DNA from: Blepharisma stoltei ATCC 30299
Lineage: Eukaryota > Protista > Ciliophora
DNA length: 64,000 nt
Direction: 5' to 3'
Assembly: GCA_965603825.1 (NCBI GenBank)
Contig: CBFDEM010000002.1
Coordinates: forward strand, 434,001-498,000
Made by a program: the position numbers and the translations under genes
In this document: one piece after another, positions 60,889 through 64,000 of the stretch
Layout of the letters: the number at the start of each line of letters is the position of its first letter
Position numbering within the stretch: position 1 is the first letter of the stretch
Notes under the pieces: generated by a model
The model's database searches: none
Told to the model about the DNA's origin: nothing
Seen by the model: only the letters and a program-made list of their open reading frames with translations

Positions 60889-63278
60889 TTTATTTGAATT
60901 AAACTTCTATATAAAAATATGCATTCTATATTTAATATAATAAATACTTTCAGATTATCAGTTGCCTTATAATTATTTACAGTGAAAATTAAATTATAGC
61001 TAGAAATTTTTTGGTAATTATTATTTAATAGATAATCAAATTTCAATCCCAAGAATTTTTAATATGTGTTTTTTATTAGTGCTAATATTAAATAAAATTA
61101 GATTAATTTAGCTTTTTACAGATATAAACCTTATAACTAAGGCAAAATAATTTCTTTCCAAATTATAAGAATATATCATGCAATTTATTATTGAATAAAT
61201 TAAATTTTTTATAAAGTAAATTGCACAAAAGCGTTTTTTAAATCAATTCACAAGCATTTAAGTTTTACAAAAACTTCAATAAATCAAATCAATTTTACCA
61301 TTTTGACTTTTGAAAATATTTATATATTTATATAAAATTTTTTTTTGACTAATTCCTCCTCATCCTTTATTGAGCGACCTGTTGCCATTTAGCCAAGGAA
61401 AGAGCTAAAGAATTTTTGAATAAAACTATTTGAGAATGTTTTATTATTATATTCTTTATGAAAGTCATAAAAAGTGACTGTAGGGTCTTGGCATGCTAAG
61501 CAAAGACAATTTTTATTGTAATAAATATACATTAATTCTTTTATGATTTTAATAACAGATTCTTTATTAACTATTTCTATATGATGCTGAAACGCATACA
61601 CTTCTTTCTTTAGTTTGGTTAGAAAAAATCAAATTCGCCTAATCTGGCCAGTATATGAAATAGAAATTTCATCTTATCCAAAATTGTGCTAAATATATTT
61701 ATACTTAAGTATTTCTTATAATAAGCTAACTAATTGTTTTTGATTGAATGTAAAAAATGCAAATGAAACTGACATAAACAATTTTACTTAATTTAAATCT
61801 TTTAGAATCGTTACATTTTTGTTGAAGTAGTCAAATTTTATAAAATCTCTAATCTGCTAGTTTCTGGTAATATCTATGATTTATCATTGAAATCAAGTTT
61901 AGCTGACTTGCTAATTATTAAATTTGTAATTAGCCAATCTATGCATTGAGTAAATGATCTTGATATCTCAATTCAAAGCAAAGTCTCAAAAAATTTTCTG
62001 AATAAGAATTATATAAATTCATAATATTAAGCTATTAAAACTCTATAATAGTATCTTTATTTTTATCTTTTTAGTAATAAAAATCTTAATCCCAAAGTTT
62101 AAATCTTCTCTAACTTCTGATTTAGTTATTTATTCAGCTTCATGGCTTAGAGTGCTTTACCAAAGACTTAAGGTTACCACTTCGTAGATTAGATTTCATT
62201 TAGGATAAATTATATGATATCATGGTGACTATCTTTCATGGTCTGCATAGTGGCTACTAATAGCAAAGCCTTTTCTATCATCTTTATCATTGATAATAAA
62301 AAAATTGAGAAGCAAAGCTATTGAAAAACAATGTCCAACACCCAAAAGATTTTACAAGATTTTAGTTTTGACGCAGCAGGCTCAAAAACTCTAACTATAA
62401 CTATCCATTAACAAGCAAAATCATTAGTAAAAATCTTATATTTTTTGGTAAAACTAACAATCTAATTGATATAACTCATGACTATTGAAACGAAACATTT
62501 AATATAATATAAAGCCCAAATTGTTAATTAATTAAATTGCGCATTACTTTCTATTATTTGCTAATTAGGGTTTTTAATTTCCTAAAGTATAAAAATTCTG
62601 CATAAATATTTTAAACTAAGCCCTTTCGTAAGCGAGTAAAGCAACTTGCTCAGTCTTAAGAGTGAAATATAAAAGCTGAATAAATATAAAGTACTGATCG
62701 ATTCAAAATTAGTTCACTTAGAAATATAATATTACTATTAGCAACTTCAAATGTTTTATAACTGACTCTTGAGTCTATCATTTTTAAATTTTATTTACTT
62801 AATGAAGATCATTTGATAAATTAAAAGCATTATTTTTATAATTTTAAGTACTAAAGAATTCTCTTTAGAATTGGCTATGCATATTTAGATATTTAAATTT
62901 CTAAAGATAATTTATTAGTCCCAAAAACATAAACAATCATAATTCAGTATACTGATTCTGTAATTATTCAAAAATTTAAGAAATGAAAAAGGAAAGAAAC
63001 TAAAATTAACCATGTGTCTTAGTCAGCAGATATAGATTTCGAAGTCAAAACTCAGTCTAAATATTTCTCGGTCCTTTTTTTTGAACTCAGACTTCTATTC
63101 AAGATTCTTCATTCTTCCTATCAATTTCTAGTAATAAGCAACTCTTTGTTTACTTATAGAAAGGATATTATAATATTATTAAGCATCTTTAAGTTTTCTG
63201 CTATTAATTATTTATTCAAAAACATTATAAAATTGTTTTGTTCAAGCCTAAACTTGCTTTCTGAATTTATGCTGAGGC

Positions 63279-64000
63279 CTAAGGTTTTGAAACAATATTT
63301 CTTTTAAAAGATGCACTCTTTTCTAAAGGCTTTTTTATTTTTGAGTTACTTTCAAAGCAGCTGTGGCGTCTTTGCTTTATTATTTCTTTAACAGAGACTT
63401 CAAATTTTGTTAATAGCTGAACTTGTAAGTTTGAAAGAGAAGCAGTTTTCCTCATCGCATTTATATTCGGGAAATATTTTTTAAACCATTCACATCCAAG
63501 AGCTTCCTTTGCATTTGGCCTCATTTTAGGTTGAGACCTTGCAAGAAACAAAATAGCGTCTATTGCTTGCCTTGAAATGTTCTTTCAAAATTCTTTAGGA
63601 AATAATATAGAGCAATCTCTATTTCTAATTAAAGTTTCTTTTTGGGTTTTACCGGAAAAAGGTGCTCTTCCAGATAAAAGTATATACAAAACTACGCCAG
63701 CACTAAAAATATCAACTTTCGACCCATAAGGTCTTCTTTTAAGTATTTCTGGAGCGACATATCCAGGGGATCCGCAACTTTGTGTAAGATCAGCATCTAT
63801 AAAGCATGCAAGCCCGAAATCACTGAGTTTTATTTTATAGTCGTTATTATCAGAAACAAATAATATGTTTTCTAGCTTAATATCTCTATGAACAACATTT
63901 TTCGTTTGTAAATATTCAAGCACTTTTAGAAGATTTCTCATCAATTTAGCAGCATTCTCTTCAGTTAAAGGGCCTTTATTTAAAATCCTATGAAGTAAAT
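63279..64000 (-). CDS. CAMK-group Ser/Thr kinase, 5' end outside the window
   Basis: VHRDIKLENIL, SDFGLA, CGSPGYVAPEIL, VDIFSAGVVLYILLSG, FPKEFW(TGA)KNIS, RPNAKEALGCEWF; TAG at 63279-63281. Confidence 0.92.

Noticed and set aside
1-64000. TGA as selenocysteine or cysteine; tRNA, rRNA, CRISPR or transposase genes
   Set aside because: TGA aligns with conserved Trp; no such genes or arrays were recognised by eye, though a covariance-model scan was not possible.

Overview
AT-rich eukaryotic DNA that reads as a heterotrich ciliate somatic (macronuclear) chromosome, most likely Blepharisma (inference). Two properties explain why the supplied ORF track is fragmented. First, TGA encodes Trp and only TAA/TAG stop: TGA sits at invariant Trp positions of an E2 enzyme, a Bin3/MEPCE methyltransferase, a CAMK kinase and zinc fingers. 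Second, there are tiny 15-16 nt GT-AG introns with an A 6 nt from the 3' end (12 identified). Re-reading under these rules gives about 21 genes: a SET-domain methyltransferase, four tandem ~1370-aa PAS-domain membrane proteins, a CID protein, DRC3, two small intron-containing orphans, an E2, a VAMP7-like SNARE, a hidden multipass membrane protein, a ubiquitin-like/serpin-like fusion, an ~3670-aa malectin/Cys-rich/LamG multipass surface protein, MEPCE/Bin3, an ACSBG-like acyl-CoA ligase, a His/Asn-rich microprotein, a USP53/54-like DUB with NZF fingers, a YbjN-like/pseudokinase fusion, a triple-repeat type-I membrane protein and a partial CAMK kinase. There is also a sugar-porter pseudogene. 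Best leads: a ubiquitin-like domain that appears to cage an N-myristoylation motif; one 'poison' plus one 'silent' micro-intron in every PAS paralogue; a perfect GC-rich TA-bounded 56-bp palindrome; and the YbjN-pseudokinase fusion. All family calls are from motif recognition by eye, with no database search. Most but not all inter-ORF gaps were read by hand.
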